A DNA stretch of 64,000 nucleotides from Phycisphaeraceae bacterium (lineage in GTDB: Bacteria; Planctomycetota; Phycisphaerae; Phycisphaerales; Phycisphaeraceae): the NCBI GenBank assembly GCA_963674705.1, contig OY771506.1, positions 4,640,001-4,704,000 on the forward strand, given 5' to 3'. The notes beneath the pieces were generated by a model that saw only the letters and a list, made by a program, of their open reading frames with translations, was not told where the DNA came from and did no database searches. Position 1 is the first letter of the stretch. The number at the start of each line of letters is the position of its first letter. The translations under genes were made by a program, and so were the position numbers. This document shows, piece after piece, positions 20,041 to 32,900 of the stretch.

Positions 20041-20829
20041 TTGCGCATGCTTAGGTACCTTGGTTACGGTTTAAGGGATTATGCAAAAACACCGCTGTTG
20101 CCGATGCGCCGCGAGGCCTGGGAATTCCAAGCGGTAACCGCGGGGCAGTCGGCGCCGATCTCGGATATCAGTGATTCGCCTGATCTGCGCAGCACGACAT
20201 TGTGGGTATTTCCGCCCAGACATCTGCACGGCTGGACCGGTCGTAAAGGTAAGCCCTGCCGTATTTTTGTGGCACATTTTGATGTTGTCTCGCCGGCATT
20301 GAATACAGGCGATGCGTTCAAGGTGAAACTCACCCGTCTGGAGACGAGGCGTCTTGATCGGATGGGCGAGGAGCTTGCACCCCACTATCACAGTCCGCAT
20401 TCACAGAGCCATCTTCATATCGAGCGGTGTAAAAATGAACTTACCTTGCTGGCGCTTAAACAGACCGAGTCCGTACCGATCCGCTACGACCAGCAGCGCG
20501 TCGAGGCGGCGGTGGCGTGGTATCATCAGAACATGTCCAAGCGTGTGACGGTCAACGATATGGCCGACGCTTCGTTTGTTTCGGTCGCTCACCTGCGCAG
20601 ATTATTTATCCGCTACCGCAAGAAACCACCTCAGAAGGTCATGAGAGATTTACAGATACATAGAGCACAAGAACTGATGATGACAACTCAGTTATCATTG
20701 TCAGAAATTGCTTCGGCCTGCGGATTTTCTTGCCAGTCGGTTTTTTCCCGGAGTTATGAAGACATGACAGGACAGGCGCCTTCCAAATGGCGTAGTGCGC
20801 TGCACGAACCTGCAATGAAGCAGTCTTAA
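20041..20829 (+). CDS. AraC family transcriptional regulator
   Basis: C-terminal HTH SVAHLRRLF...EIASACGFSCQSVFSR...PSKWR; divergent from the oxidoreductase. Confidence 0.9.
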   Translation: MRMLRYLGYGLRDYAKTPLLPMRREAWEFQAVTAGQSAPISDISDSPDLRSTTLWVFPPRHLHGWTGRKGKPCRIFVAHFDVVSPALNTGDAFKVKLTRLETRRLDRMGEELAPHYHSPHSQSHLHIERCKNELTLLALKQTESVPIRYDQQRVEAAVAWYHQNMSKRVTVNDMADASFVSVAHLRRLFIRYRKKPPQKVMRDLQIHRAQELMMTTQLSLSEIASACGFSCQSVFSRSYEDMTGQAPSKWRSALHEPAMKQS

Positions 20830-20883
20830 CGTCCCAATTAGCACACATTCACAATCGTTTGTTCAGTTCGTAAGACATCAAAG

Positions 20884-22146
20884 ATGGATTCAAACATGAT
20901 TAAACCCACGCTGCTTGGCATCGAACCGTCTTTTGGCTTTGGTGATCGGTTAGGACTGGCATCGCCCGGGCACCTCGAAGCGCTCAAACAGTACGGCGGG
21001 CCGATCCGCGGCATCTTCGCACAGCAGTCGATTCGCGAGATGACACGGACCGACCGTACACCAGAGCAGGTCATGTCGTGTGCTGCCGATGCGATCAAGG
21101 ATGCGGGGTTCGATCAGCCATGGGGCGCGGATGCCGACCACCTTAAGACACATGACGACGTAGACCGCACAACAAAGGCCGGGTTCGTTTTCTTCACCAT
21201 CGATCCATCCGACAATGTCGACCAGCAGGCTGACAACTACGATGCTGATAAGATCGAAAGCCTGTACCAGGCGCCACAGTGGGCGGAGCAATATATGGGC
21301 AAGCGTGTTTCGCTTGCTTGCGGCACGGCCATCGAGTTTGATGAATTAACAATCAAGCGGGCCGCGGTGAAGTATGCCAAGGCGATCGTTCACGCGATCG
21401 AGATGGCAGGTTATATCAAGGAAACCACCTCCAAACTCAACCAAGGTCACGAGATCGAGATCAGCGTGGATGAAACCGAGCAGCCGACCACACATGCTGA
21501 GCATTACATCATCGCGGATCAGCTCATCAAAGCCGGCGTGAATCTCGTGTCACTCGCGCCGAGGTTCATCGGCAACCTTGAAAAAGGGATCGACTACATC
21601 GGCGATGTGAAACAGTTGGAAGTCTCATTGAAACAACATGCCGAGATTACCGAGATGTTGGGGCCTTATAAGCTGAGTCTGCATTCGGGTAGTGATAAGC
21701 TGTCGATGTATCCAGCATTCGCACGGGCGACGAAGGGACGATTCCACGTTAAAACAGCGGGGACCAGTTACCTGGAAGCGTTGCGTGTGGTTGCTATGGA
21801 GAATGAGGCGCTTTTCCGCCGCATCATTGACTTCAGCCGACAGCGTTACGACACCGACAAGGCTACTTATCACGTGCATGCAACCCTCAAAAGCGCACCA
21901 CCACAAGCAGAGGTAAAGAGCCTGGAAGAACTCGAATCGCTATACTTAGAGCGATGGGAAGATGTTGCTCCCAATACGGGCTTCACGGCACCGGGCAGGC
22001 AGATACTGCATTGCACTTTTGGGTCTGTCTTAACAGATAAATCACTGAGCACGGAGCTTCGCCAGGTACTGCAAGAGCACCCGGAAACTCACAAGCAGAT
22101 ACTTTCCGAACATTTTGTAAAACATCTGGATGCTCTCACGTACTAA
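20884..22146 (+). CDS. uxaE: Tagaturonate/fructuronate epimerase
   Basis: SFGFGDRLGLA, AQQSIREM, GADADHLK, EISVDET, KLSLHSGSDK, HVKTAGTSYLEALR. Confidence 0.88.
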   Translation: MDSNMIKPTLLGIEPSFGFGDRLGLASPGHLEALKQYGGPIRGIFAQQSIREMTRTDRTPEQVMSCAADAIKDAGFDQPWGADADHLKTHDDVDRTTKAGFVFFTIDPSDNVDQQADNYDADKIESLYQAPQWAEQYMGKRVSLACGTAIEFDELTIKRAAVKYAKAIVHAIEMAGYIKETTSKLNQGHEIEISVDETEQPTTHAEHYIIADQLIKAGVNLVSLAPRFIGNLEKGIDYIGDVKQLEVSLKQHAEITEMLGPYKLSLHSGSDKLSMYPAFARATKGRFHVKTAGTSYLEALRVVAMENEALFRRIIDFSRQRYDTDKATYHVHATLKSAPPQAEVKSLEELESLYLERWEDVAPNTGFTAPGRQILHCTFGSVLTDKSLSTELRQVLQEHPETHKQILSEHFVKHLDALTY

Positions 22147-22559
22147 GCTCGGCAGTTTAAAACCAATCACAAGCCAAGCATTCTTTTTAACGATGAGCTG
22201 AAGCAAGTGGTCTGCTGTTTTATCGAGCGTGCATAGCCTGATCGAATATCCCATTCGGGACTTCCGGGTACAACGGTCCGAACACAGATCGCTAAGAGAT
22301 TACATCATTTAACCATCTTAATATCTGCATATCAATACGACTGAGACACATCAGTGTCATTTAAAACTTGGGTATTTGGCCACCACTTCCTTGTGCGCAA
22401 CGTTATTATGGTTAGTATTATATGCTGGCACGGTTGATGGGCGGGACCATTGATCTGTGATTGAACTAAGTACAGCATCTTGTGCTTCTGCATGTCTGTT
22501 ATTCCCTTGCGTGTCATTGCCCCCGGGTAGTGGCTTTTTGTTTACTACTTGGAACTGAA

Positions 22560-25500
22560 ATGAAACCTGCTCTCGTAAGATATACCACCCCCACCATACT
22601 CGCGGCGGGTAACGATGTTGTCGATGGGGGGATCGGCAGCTAATGCGGATTTGTATCTGATTAACACGGATACGATGACCGTCACGCGTGATGGCGTGCT
22701 CTGGGACTTCGGCGGGCAACTATCTTCGGCTGGGATCATCAACGGCAAGGCAACGTATTATCTCGGTGGCAACCTCGAACTAGGCGCCGGCGATGTGCTG
22801 CGGGGGATCGGCTCACGCCCCGTGTCATTTAACGTCGGTAACGACATGATCGTTTCACCAAATGCCACGATCGATTTTTCAGCGGTAGGCACAACCGCCG
22901 GCGCAGGCGGCGGCGACGGCGGCATCGGCGGCAGCGGCGGGTTCGGCGGCACGGGCGGTGAAGGCGGCGCGGGCGGCGGCGTGCAGTGGGTGCGCGGCGG
23001 CGGCGCGTTCATGTTCTTCTTCGGCGCTGCCCCCCCACCGGTGCCGGGCCTTGATGGTCACTACGGCGAATCAGGCTCCGCAGGCAGCGCGGGCCACGAA
23101 GGTTACGCGGGCCAAGCTGGCGAAGCCGGCTACAACAACATCGCCCCACTCGCCGCAGGTGGTTCCCCCGTCTACGACGACACGACCTACACCAACACAG
23201 GCTACGGCGGTAACGGCGGACTCGCCTCAAAGTATTGGCCCGACGTGCTCCCCACATTCCTGGGCGGCGATAGCAAAGACGGCGGCCCCGGATTCATCGG
23301 CAACACAGGTTCCACCGGCGGCACAGGCGCAACCGGGGGCAACGGTTACGGCGGCCAGTTCCTCGCCGACCCTTCCAACACCTTCGATCTCGTTGCCGGC
23401 AATGGCGGTGGTGGCGGCGCGGGTGGGCAAGGTGGTGACGGCGGTGGTGGCGGCGGCGGCGGCGGCGGTGGCGCGGCTGGCCAAGGCAATTGGGCCACGG
23501 TTATCGTTCCCCCATTACCCCCGTCCTTTATCCCCGGCTGGAACTTTGCAGGCTTCGGCGGTAGCGGTGGACCCGGCAGCGACGGTGGTGACGGCGGCTT
23601 CGGTGGCACAGGCGGCCAAGGCGGTGATGGCGGCGCGGGCGCTGGGGCTGTCGAGTTCTTCGTACAAGGCAACATCACATTCAACGGCAGCGCGGAAGCC
23701 AACGGCGGTAACGGCGAAGCCGGCAGCGTTGGTTCGATCGGCCTGCCCGGTTACACACCTGGTGAATACAATGAAGCAGGCAACATCGCTGCGATTATCC
23801 CCATCCCCGGCGTGCAAACCTTTCCCGGCGGTATCATCGGGACAAGCCCCTTCCTTGGAGGCATCGGCGGGATCGGCGGCGTCGGCGCTTACGGTGGTGA
23901 TGGCGGGCAAGGCGGGACGGGCGGCATCGGCGGCGGCGGGTCCGGCGGCACAATCAAGCTCGTTGGCACCAGCGTCACCGGCGCGGGTGATGTGAGTCTG
24001 ATCGGTGGATTGGGCGGTGACAACGGGACAACTGAAGATGACGGCCAGGCCGGGCGTTTCCTCGTTGGCAGCAACACCGTCGCGGAAGGCAGCAGCGCGA
24101 TTGGCGCACTTGGCGGTAGCGCCACACTCGACGGCAACGACACCACCACGCAAGCAGGCACACGCGCAGTCAACCCGATGATCGCCGACGAATCTTCCGT
24201 CCCCACCATCGCGGGCCTCATCGGCGGCGCTGAAACTTTCGGCTTCACGGGATTGAATGCCAACGATATCTACTTCGGCGCAGACAGCCTCATCGATCTC
24301 ACCCACAGGAAGCATTCGCCGGCGTCGCACGCCTCGACCTCGGCCCCGGAACCTACGGCAACGATTACATCGGCTACGACATGCTCCTGCTGTTCGAAGC
24401 CAAGGGAACGCAACTAAGCAACCCCATGCTTGGTATCGGTGAGGAAGATTATCTTGTGCCGATGCTCAACGGCGGATGGTCCAAGGACCTGCTCTTCGGT
24501 GGCTCGGGTGACACGGCTGTTACGACGATGAACGGCTTCGATGTCTACGCTACGCTGATCCCCGAAGATGCCGAATGGTTCAACTTCTCAGTCGACTCGG
24601 GGGGTGTGATCCTCTCAGCGAAGCAACAGATCCTTAACGATGGTGAGCTTTTCTTCGTCACAAGTTCGCCCGATGTTCCGGTGCTTGATTCGACATGGAT
24701 CGGCGCAAGTGGTAACTGGTCCAACGCATCTAATTGGTCCATGGTCTTCAACGAAACCGGCTTAGCGCCGACCGGCTTGGAAGATCCGGCCGTGCCGGGC
24801 GTGCCGTCTAACAGTGCGGCGTATGCATACAACATCCACATTGATCAGGATGTCACCGTTAATACCGACATCACCATCGCTGTCGATCAACTCAACATCG
24901 GCGCAGATGACACGCTCAGCATCCAGGGCGGCCAGGCGCTGACCATCGAACGCTTCGCCGTCCGCACCGATTCGGGCAAGATCAATAACGACGGCGTCAT
25001 CATGCTCGACGGCTCGGTCGGCAGCACCGCCCGGATGTATATCAGCGGTCCCGGCCTGATGCTTGACGGAACCGGCACACTCACGACCACGAACGATCAA
25101 GCCAACAACATCATCGCGGGCCTTCGCAAGGGTGATTCTCTGACCCAGTTCGCCGACCACACGATCGACGCATCGGGCCTTCTCGGTAACGACAAGCTCG
25201 TGATGACCAACCACGGCTCGATCTTCACGAATGGTGGACTCACCATCGATCCTGCCGGCGGCTACGATCGTTCAAGTGCCGCGTTTACCAACACGGGCCT
25301 TGTGCAGGTCGACGGCGAGGGCAACTATAATTCACGCCGCATCACCCTAAGTGACGGCTTCTTCGTGAATGAGTCGGGCGGCACCATGGAAGCGGTCGAC
25401 GGCGGACGACTCGAACTCGACGCCGCACGCCTGCACAACGATGGGACGATCCGTATCGACCCCACGTCCAGCCTGCTCATCTCCGATGCTGTACTCACCG

Positions 25501-28500
25501 GTAACGACATCGTGTTTGAGGAGGATGTCAACGGCCTCGCAGAGCTACATGTCAGCGGCGGTCAGTTAATCAACGGCACACACCTGCTCGCCCCCTTCAT
25601 GAGTATCGGTGGTAGCGACGTCATGAATATCGACGGCGGCAAGATCGGCGGATTATATGCGGGCAGCTATGCTTCTTACACGGATATCGGCAATTCGACC
25701 ATCACGGGCGGCGAACTGGATGGCGAGTTGTACGCCTCCACAACTACATTCAAGAATGTCACGCTGTTGTCCGGAGCTTACTTCGATGGCAGTAATATCG
25801 GATTTGCTGGACGCATCGACAACCAGACAGGCACCGACCCGCTGAATCCTTACGGCTACTTCTATACCAACGATGCACAAATCGTCGAAGATGCCACGTT
25901 CGCCGGCGAGGGGAATATGAAGTCGAATTCCTCTACGGCAGCGGCAACGACGCCGCTCCAAATACCCTGACTATCGCAGCGGAATCCACACTCCGGCTCA
26001 ACTCAGAAGCTCGCGACGGCCTGATCATCAACAACCAGGGTACACTCGATGTCATAACGGATGCCTACCTGGACCCGGCGGGTAATCAAAGCAGTTCCTT
26101 CGCGGGCCTGCGTAACTCAGGCACGATCAGCAACAGCTACGGATTCCTGTATATCAACGATGGCATTATTGACAACACGGGCGGCGTGATCGACAGCACG
26201 TACTCCGAATTTGATGGCGTCACGCTGATAGGCGGTACGTACAACGGATACATTTCGTTTACCGGCTCCTCGACCAGCTACGTTGTCGGGACAACCTTCC
26301 AGGATTCACAGGACACCTCGTCCTACATCGAAACCGAATCCGACCTCGTCTTGGAAGACGTTACACTCACTCAGCCGACGGAAATCTACGGCTGGAACAG
26401 CACCGCCCCTTCCGCCGTCGTGCTGAAAAACAAGCTCAATATGGATGGTATCGGTTCACTGAAGGTCGACAGCATCACCCTGGCGTTCGACAACGACTTC
26501 ACATTCGACGGCCAAGGCAGCTTGCTTGCAAGCGCAACGAGCCTCATCTCCAACAGCGCCGGGCCCATCAAACTCACGATCGGCGCGCAGTTCACGCTCG
26601 ACGGCACAGGTAACGCCACGTTTGAAGGCAACAACTGGGGCGCCGACTCGATCGAGTTCGAGATCCACGGCACGATCGATGGCAACGCCTCGGTGATCTC
26701 CCTTGACCCGGCCGGGGACATGAATGCCGCATCCCCCGGCATCGTCAACCGCGGTGTAATCAAAGGCACTGAAGTCTATATCGAAGATGCCAACATCGAT
26801 AACCGCGACGGTGTGATCGGTGAAGACCTCGGCACGGTTTACCTATCCGGTGTCAACATCGTGGGCGGTGAGTTGCGGAACTTCTCGTTCGATGAAGGTG
26901 GCCTTGGGTTCAACAACTACTTGCCGGAATCCCGGCTGGAGAATGTCAGGCTCGAAGGGTACGGCGATACTTACAATGACCTTGATCTCACCCTCGCCGG
27001 CACCATTGAAAACAACGCAGATGTGGTATTCGGTGGCACCACAAACAACATCATTATCAGCGGGTCTGTCCAATTCACCGGCTCCGGGATCATGACCTTC
27101 GAGTCAGATACCAGCTTCAGCAGCCTCTCCGAAGACGACACACTGATCAACGAAGCGGGTCACACCCTCGACTTCTCAAATGCATACAACTCGTTCGAAC
27201 TGATCCAGGGTTCACTCAACTTCACCAACAACGGCACCATCATCGTCGGCGAAGCCAGCCTGTCGGCTTCTTTCTCGACCGAGCTACTCCCCGCCGGCGC
27301 ACAGGTCCCCGACCTCAGCGACCCGGAAAATCCCGATGCGGTCATGACGCTGACCGAAGACACGGAATACATCGTCCCACGCACGCTTAATAACAATGGA
27401 AACCTCCAGGGCTTCCTGCTGGATGTCAACGACACCGCGATCCGCAACGCCGGCACGATCAGTGTCGACGATCTCTACCTCAATAGATCATCCCTGATCA
27501 ACGACGGCGGCACCGTCGAGTCATTAAGCATCCACCTGGATGGTTCGAGCACCATCTCCGGTGGAGCCATGCTCTATCCGTACATTGAGGTTACGGATTA
27601 CAACCTGACAGGCCCGGCGGGTATCGCCTCTATCGATATGGGTGAAGCCTACATCACCGCGCACGCCGAGGTCGAGTTCGGTGGCATCGTTTCCAACATC
27701 GATTTACTGGAACTTTATAACGACGCGGGCGATGTCCGGACCGTCACCATCGAAAACGCGGACACCGTCGTCACCGTAAATGAGATCTCAGTCGGGACGG
27801 GTCGTGTGCAGCTTTCGGCGGGCGTTTTGCGTACAAACACGTTCTACAACGGGACAAGTGCTTCCGTGCTTGACTGGACAGGCGGAACGTTCGGTGTGCT
27901 TGAACAAACCGTCGAGCTTGGTTCAACCAAAACCTTCGGCACGCAGATGGATATCACGACCGGCAAAACGCTCGAAGCGCCGATGGGCATCGCGATCGAT
28001 GCCGGCGCCACGCTGAATATCGGTGCGGGCGACCTGCAAACGCCGAGTATCGTCAATAACGGGCAGGTGAATGTCGGTCTGGAAGATGCCAATGGCACGT
28101 TCGATCAGCCGATCACCGGAACGGGCGCACTTGCCAAGCAAGGCGGCGGCACGGTCTACCTGACCGGTGCGAACACCTACGCCGGTGGAACAACAATTCA
28201 AGGCGGGACCCTCGAGGTCGACACAAGCGAAAACCTTGGCGACGCAGCAGGATCGATCACCTTCGCCGGCGGTAACCTGCGGGTCTTGGGCGCTGATACC
28301 GGCGCAACATCGCGCGTGATCAGCCTCAACAATTCCACCACGATTGATATCGTCGATCCCGACGCCGTGTTCGAAGTGAGTAGCGCAACGAACAATCTGC
28401 CGACCAGCAGTTCATTTACCAAGAGCGGCGAGGGCACACTCAATTATCACGCGCCGCTTTACATCTCACGGGGCACACTAAGAAACAACGATGGCGAACT

Positions 28501-29995
28501 GAACTTCTTCAATAATCAAGTAACTCTGAACGGCAGCAACGGCTCCAACGGCGGGACGGGCCAGCCCGGCACATCAGGCAACAACGCGGGGTATGTCTAT
28601 GTGAACGGCGGCTTACTCACCGGTGCGATTATTTCCGCCAACGGGGGCAATGGTGGCAACGGCAGTGATGGGTACTTCCCCAACCTCACCGGACGATACG
28701 GCGGCAACGGCGCAGATGGCGGTGTACTCGTGATCGGCGGCGGGCAGATGCAAGTCACTTCAATACTCAACCTGCGAGGCGGCGATGGCGGGGATGGTGG
28801 CGACGGCGACAGCGCCGTCTTCAGCTATGGCGCAGGTGGCAACGGCGGCCACGCCGGCGACGGCGGCAACATCTACATCCAGGGCGGTGAACTCATCTTT
28901 ACCAGTGGCTCCATCAATCTCTCCCCCGGCGTACCCGGCGATGGCGGGTACGGCCCCGGGAGTGCGCCCAATGGTAGCGACGGCAGCAGCGGCAGCATCG
29001 GAACGCTGCAGCTGCAAGGCGGTACACTCACCACCACCCAATCAAGACTCGACAACGCTCTCACCGGTAACTTCAGTTTCACTACCGGCACCATCCGTTT
29101 CCAGGATGCCGACTTCGACCTCGCAAGCTCGAGCCGGCTCAACGCTGTACTTGGCAGCACGACTAAGACATTCTCCAACGGACGCTCGCTTCACGTCGAC
29201 AACGTACTTAACATCAGCGCCTCACAAACACTCAACCTCGCCGCGGGCAGTTCACTCACCGCGGGCACTATCGATCACACGCTCGGCGGCACGTTCAACT
29301 TCTACGATGGCACACTGAGTTTCGGTACCTTCCAAGGCGACCTCGCCCAACTCGGCGGCATCGTCGCGCCGGGCAATTCACCGGGATCCATGCAGATCAC
29401 CGGTGATTACGATATCACCTCCGGCACCATCGAAGTCGAACTGATGGGCTTGGTTCAAGGCGCCGAATATGACTTTATCGATGTGCTGGGCGACCTGATC
29501 CTCGGCGACGCGTCGCTTGATGTAACGGTCCTCGATGCATTCACGCTGCAAACCAATCAACAGTTCGACATCCTGTCGATCACAGGAACTCGTACGGGCG
29601 CCTTCACAGGCCTGGCGGAAGGCGCGATCGTTACCAGCTTCGGCAACTATGACCTGGCTATCACCTACCTGGCGGGCGACGGCAACGACATCGCACTGAC
29701 CGTTCAGCCGACCATCGGGGGCGACCTGAACGGTGACGGCTTCGTGGGCCTGAACGATTTGGATATCGTGCTCGCTGCCTGGAACGAAGGCGTCCCACCG
29801 GGCGACCCGATCGCCGACGCCAACAACGACGGCTACATCGGCCTGGACGACCTGGACATAATCCTGGCAAACTGGAACGCCGGCACCCCACCGATTAACG
29901 ATGCAAACATCCCCGAGCCGATCACGTTGGCCACCATGCTGCTCGGGAGCCTGGCAATGCTTCGCCGATCAAAGAGGGCTGCACATTCTGTTTAG
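22560..29995 (+). pseudogene. Giant (~2,480 aa reconstructed) Gly-rich surface protein with autotransporter-associated beta-strand repeats, dockerin-like pair and PEP-CTERM; three frameshifts
   Basis: ORFs 22615..24417, 24381..25970 and 26186..29995 plus a signal-peptide stub at ATG 22560 join into one frame by -1 G (~22608), +1 C (~24303) and +1 G (~25912). The gene may be intact and the shifts sequencing errors. Confidence 0.8.
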
Positions 29996-32900
29996 TTCTT
30001 AATTGAAGCAAACCATTTATAGAGTGCCGGCAAGACCAGCAGTGTCAATACTGTTGAGGTTACAAGCCCACCTATAACAACTGTTGCCAGTGGGCGCTGG
30101 ACTTCGCTGCCGGTTCCGGTAGCAAATAACAGCGGTATCAACCCAAGTGCCGTGGTGGCTGCCGTCATTAGGACAGGGCGAACGCGCAGTGATGCCCCCT
30201 TCATACTGGCATCGTCGATTGATGCACCGTTCTGAATCAATTGATTAAGGTATGTGACCAACACCATACCGTTCTCCAGCGCGATTCCGAACAGCGCGAT
30301 GAATCCGACGGATGCGGGCACGGACAGGTTCTCGCCGAACAGCCAGAGCCCGAATACACCGCCGACAAGCGCCAATGGGATATTCAGCAGGATCAGAGCG
30401 GTATTCTTGAGAGAATTAAAGCTAAGGTAAAGCAACAGACATATCATGATGAGCGTGATCGGCACGACCAGCATGAGTCTTTGATTTGCTTGCTGGGCAA
30501 GTTCGAACTGACCGCCCCAGGTCACGTAGTAACCAGCTGGTAGAGTGACCTCACGGTCGATCAGTTGCTGCGCTTCCTTGACGAAACCTCCGATATCCCG
30601 GCCAACAACATTCGCTTGTACAGTAATGAAGCGTTGATTGTTTTCACGGGTGATCTGCCTCGGGCCGATCAACATCCGTATGGTCGCCAGGTCGCCAAGG
30701 GGGATGCGCTGGCCGTCCGGTGTGGTGATGATCAGCCGCTCTACATCTTCCATGGTCGAACGATACGGCTCCTGATAACGAACATAGATATCAAAACGAC
30801 GAACACCGTCGAAGACCTGCCCGGCATCGATACCTCCGATAGCCGACTTGATTGTCTCCTGCACCTCAGCCAGGTTGACGCCATACCGAGCCAACGCCTG
30901 GCGATCGGGTCGTATCAATAGTTGAGGCGTGCCGGTGATCTGGTCGGTCTGTACATCGGCTGCGCCCTTCATTGTACTGAGCGCGGCAGCGATCTCATCT
31001 CCCTTAGTCTTCAATGTGTCTAAGTCATCGCCGAATATCTTCACAGCAAGTTCGGCCTTGACGCCACCAATAAGCTCGTCGACTGTCAATTGAATCGGTT
31101 GGGTCAGATTAACGAAGACGCCTGGCATACCCTGTAAAGCTGTACGGATATCTGACTCGATGGCTGCTTGATCCATATCTGAACGCCACTGGTCCTTGGG
31201 CTTGAGTACTACCAAACTGTGCACCGAGTTGATCGGATCGGCATGCGCGCCGACTTCCCCCCTGCCGATACGGCTTACCACCGAATCAATCTCTGGCACG
31301 TTCATGAGTCGTTTTTCTGCCAGAAGCGTTAAACGCTTGGTTTCATTCAGTGAAATGGACGGGGCCATGGTCAGGTTAACAATCAGGTCACCTTCATTCA
31401 GTCGCGGGGTAAACTCACTACCGAGTTTCGGCACGATCAGAAACCCGGCAAACAGCATCAATACTGACAACAGGACTGCCGCCCATCTGCGCCTGACAAA
31501 CCAACTGACTAAAGGGCGGTAGATAACCAGTATTGCCCGGACAATGATCGGCTCCTTGGCCATATCCGAATCATTATTGTTTGTCTGCTGCTTTGCCCAT
31601 GCTTTGCGACGCCTCATGATCAGGTCAGCAAAGATGGGCGCCACGACGATTGCAAAGATCAGTGATCCGAGCATCGCCAGGGCGACTGTATACGCAAGTG
31701 GCCGGAATGTCTTGCCCTCAACGCCTTGCAGTGTGAACAGCGGGAGAAACACAATGATAATGATGGCGATCGCGAACACGATCGGTCGGGCAACCTCGTG
31801 GCAGGCTTTTGCCACGATAGTTGTTCGCGGCTCGTTCTCGTCTGATTCGTGTAGGACACGGTCGATGTTTTCCACCATGACGATGGTGCCGTCGACCATC
31901 ATACCGATCGCGATCGCCAGACCTCCAAGCGACATCAGGTTTGCAGAGATGCCGAAGTAGCCCATGGCCAGCGTGGCGAACAGAACCGAGAAGGGAATAG
32001 CCAGGGCGACGACTATAGATGGCCTGATACCCCCCATGAAAGCGAGCAGAACCAAGGCCACCAAGGCGATACCTTGAATCAATGCGTTGCGCACCGTGTG
32101 GACTGATGACTGAACCAATTCACGTTGCTGATAATACGGGACGATTTTGATGCCTTCGGGCAGTGCGTTCTGGACTTCTTTGAGTTTGGTCTCTACTCGT
32201 TCGATGACGGTCGACGCGTTGGTGCCATATAGTTGGATCACCAGCCCGGCAACAACCTCGCCCTGCCCGTTAAGCGTTTGCAGGCCACGGCGGATAGCAC
32301 CGCCCACCTCTATCTCTGCTACATCACTGAGGTAGATCGGTCGGCCATCGTCGGTCTTGACTACGATACCAGCGAGGTCTTCTATGTCGTGTGCCAATCC
32401 CTCAGAGCGAACAACATACTCCTCGGCATCTACCTCAAGGAACTGCGCCCCGACACTGACATTGTTTGATTCGATCCGTTCGATCACATCATGCAGAACC
32501 AGGTTGTAGCGTAGAAGTGCTTTGGGATCGATATTAATATGATACTGCTTCTCGTATCCGCCAATACCGAGCACCTCGGTCACGCCGGGAACCGTTTGGA
32601 GCTGATACTTGACGATCCAGTCCTGGATGGTTCGCAATTCTTCAAGCGAATAGTTGCCGGTCGTATCGTCAAGATAGTAATACAGTATCTGTCCCATACC
32701 GGTCGAGATTGGTCCCATTTCCGGTTCACCGAAGCCCTTGGGGATCTGCTCACGTGCTTCCTGCAGCCGTTCGCCCACGAGTTGGCGAGTGAAGTAGATA
32801 TCCATCCCATCTTCAAAGTAGATATTCACGACGGACAACCCGAAGTTTGAAATGCTTCTGACTTCAACCACACCAGGCAAACCTGTCATCGAGGCTTCAA

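Noticed and set aside
22356..22367. GTCATTTAAAAC identical to 54509-54520
   Set aside because: A single AT-rich 12-mer match between intergenic regions is plausible by chance, and the flanks do not align.
22426..22442. TGGCAC as a sigma54 promoter for the giant gene
   Set aside because: The -12 position reads ATGG rather than TTGC.
22958..24330. Long Ala/Pro-rich alternative-frame ORFs and the (GGC)6 run at 23449-23466
   Set aside because: By-products of Gly codon repeats in the main frame; an in-frame triplet run would not switch phase.
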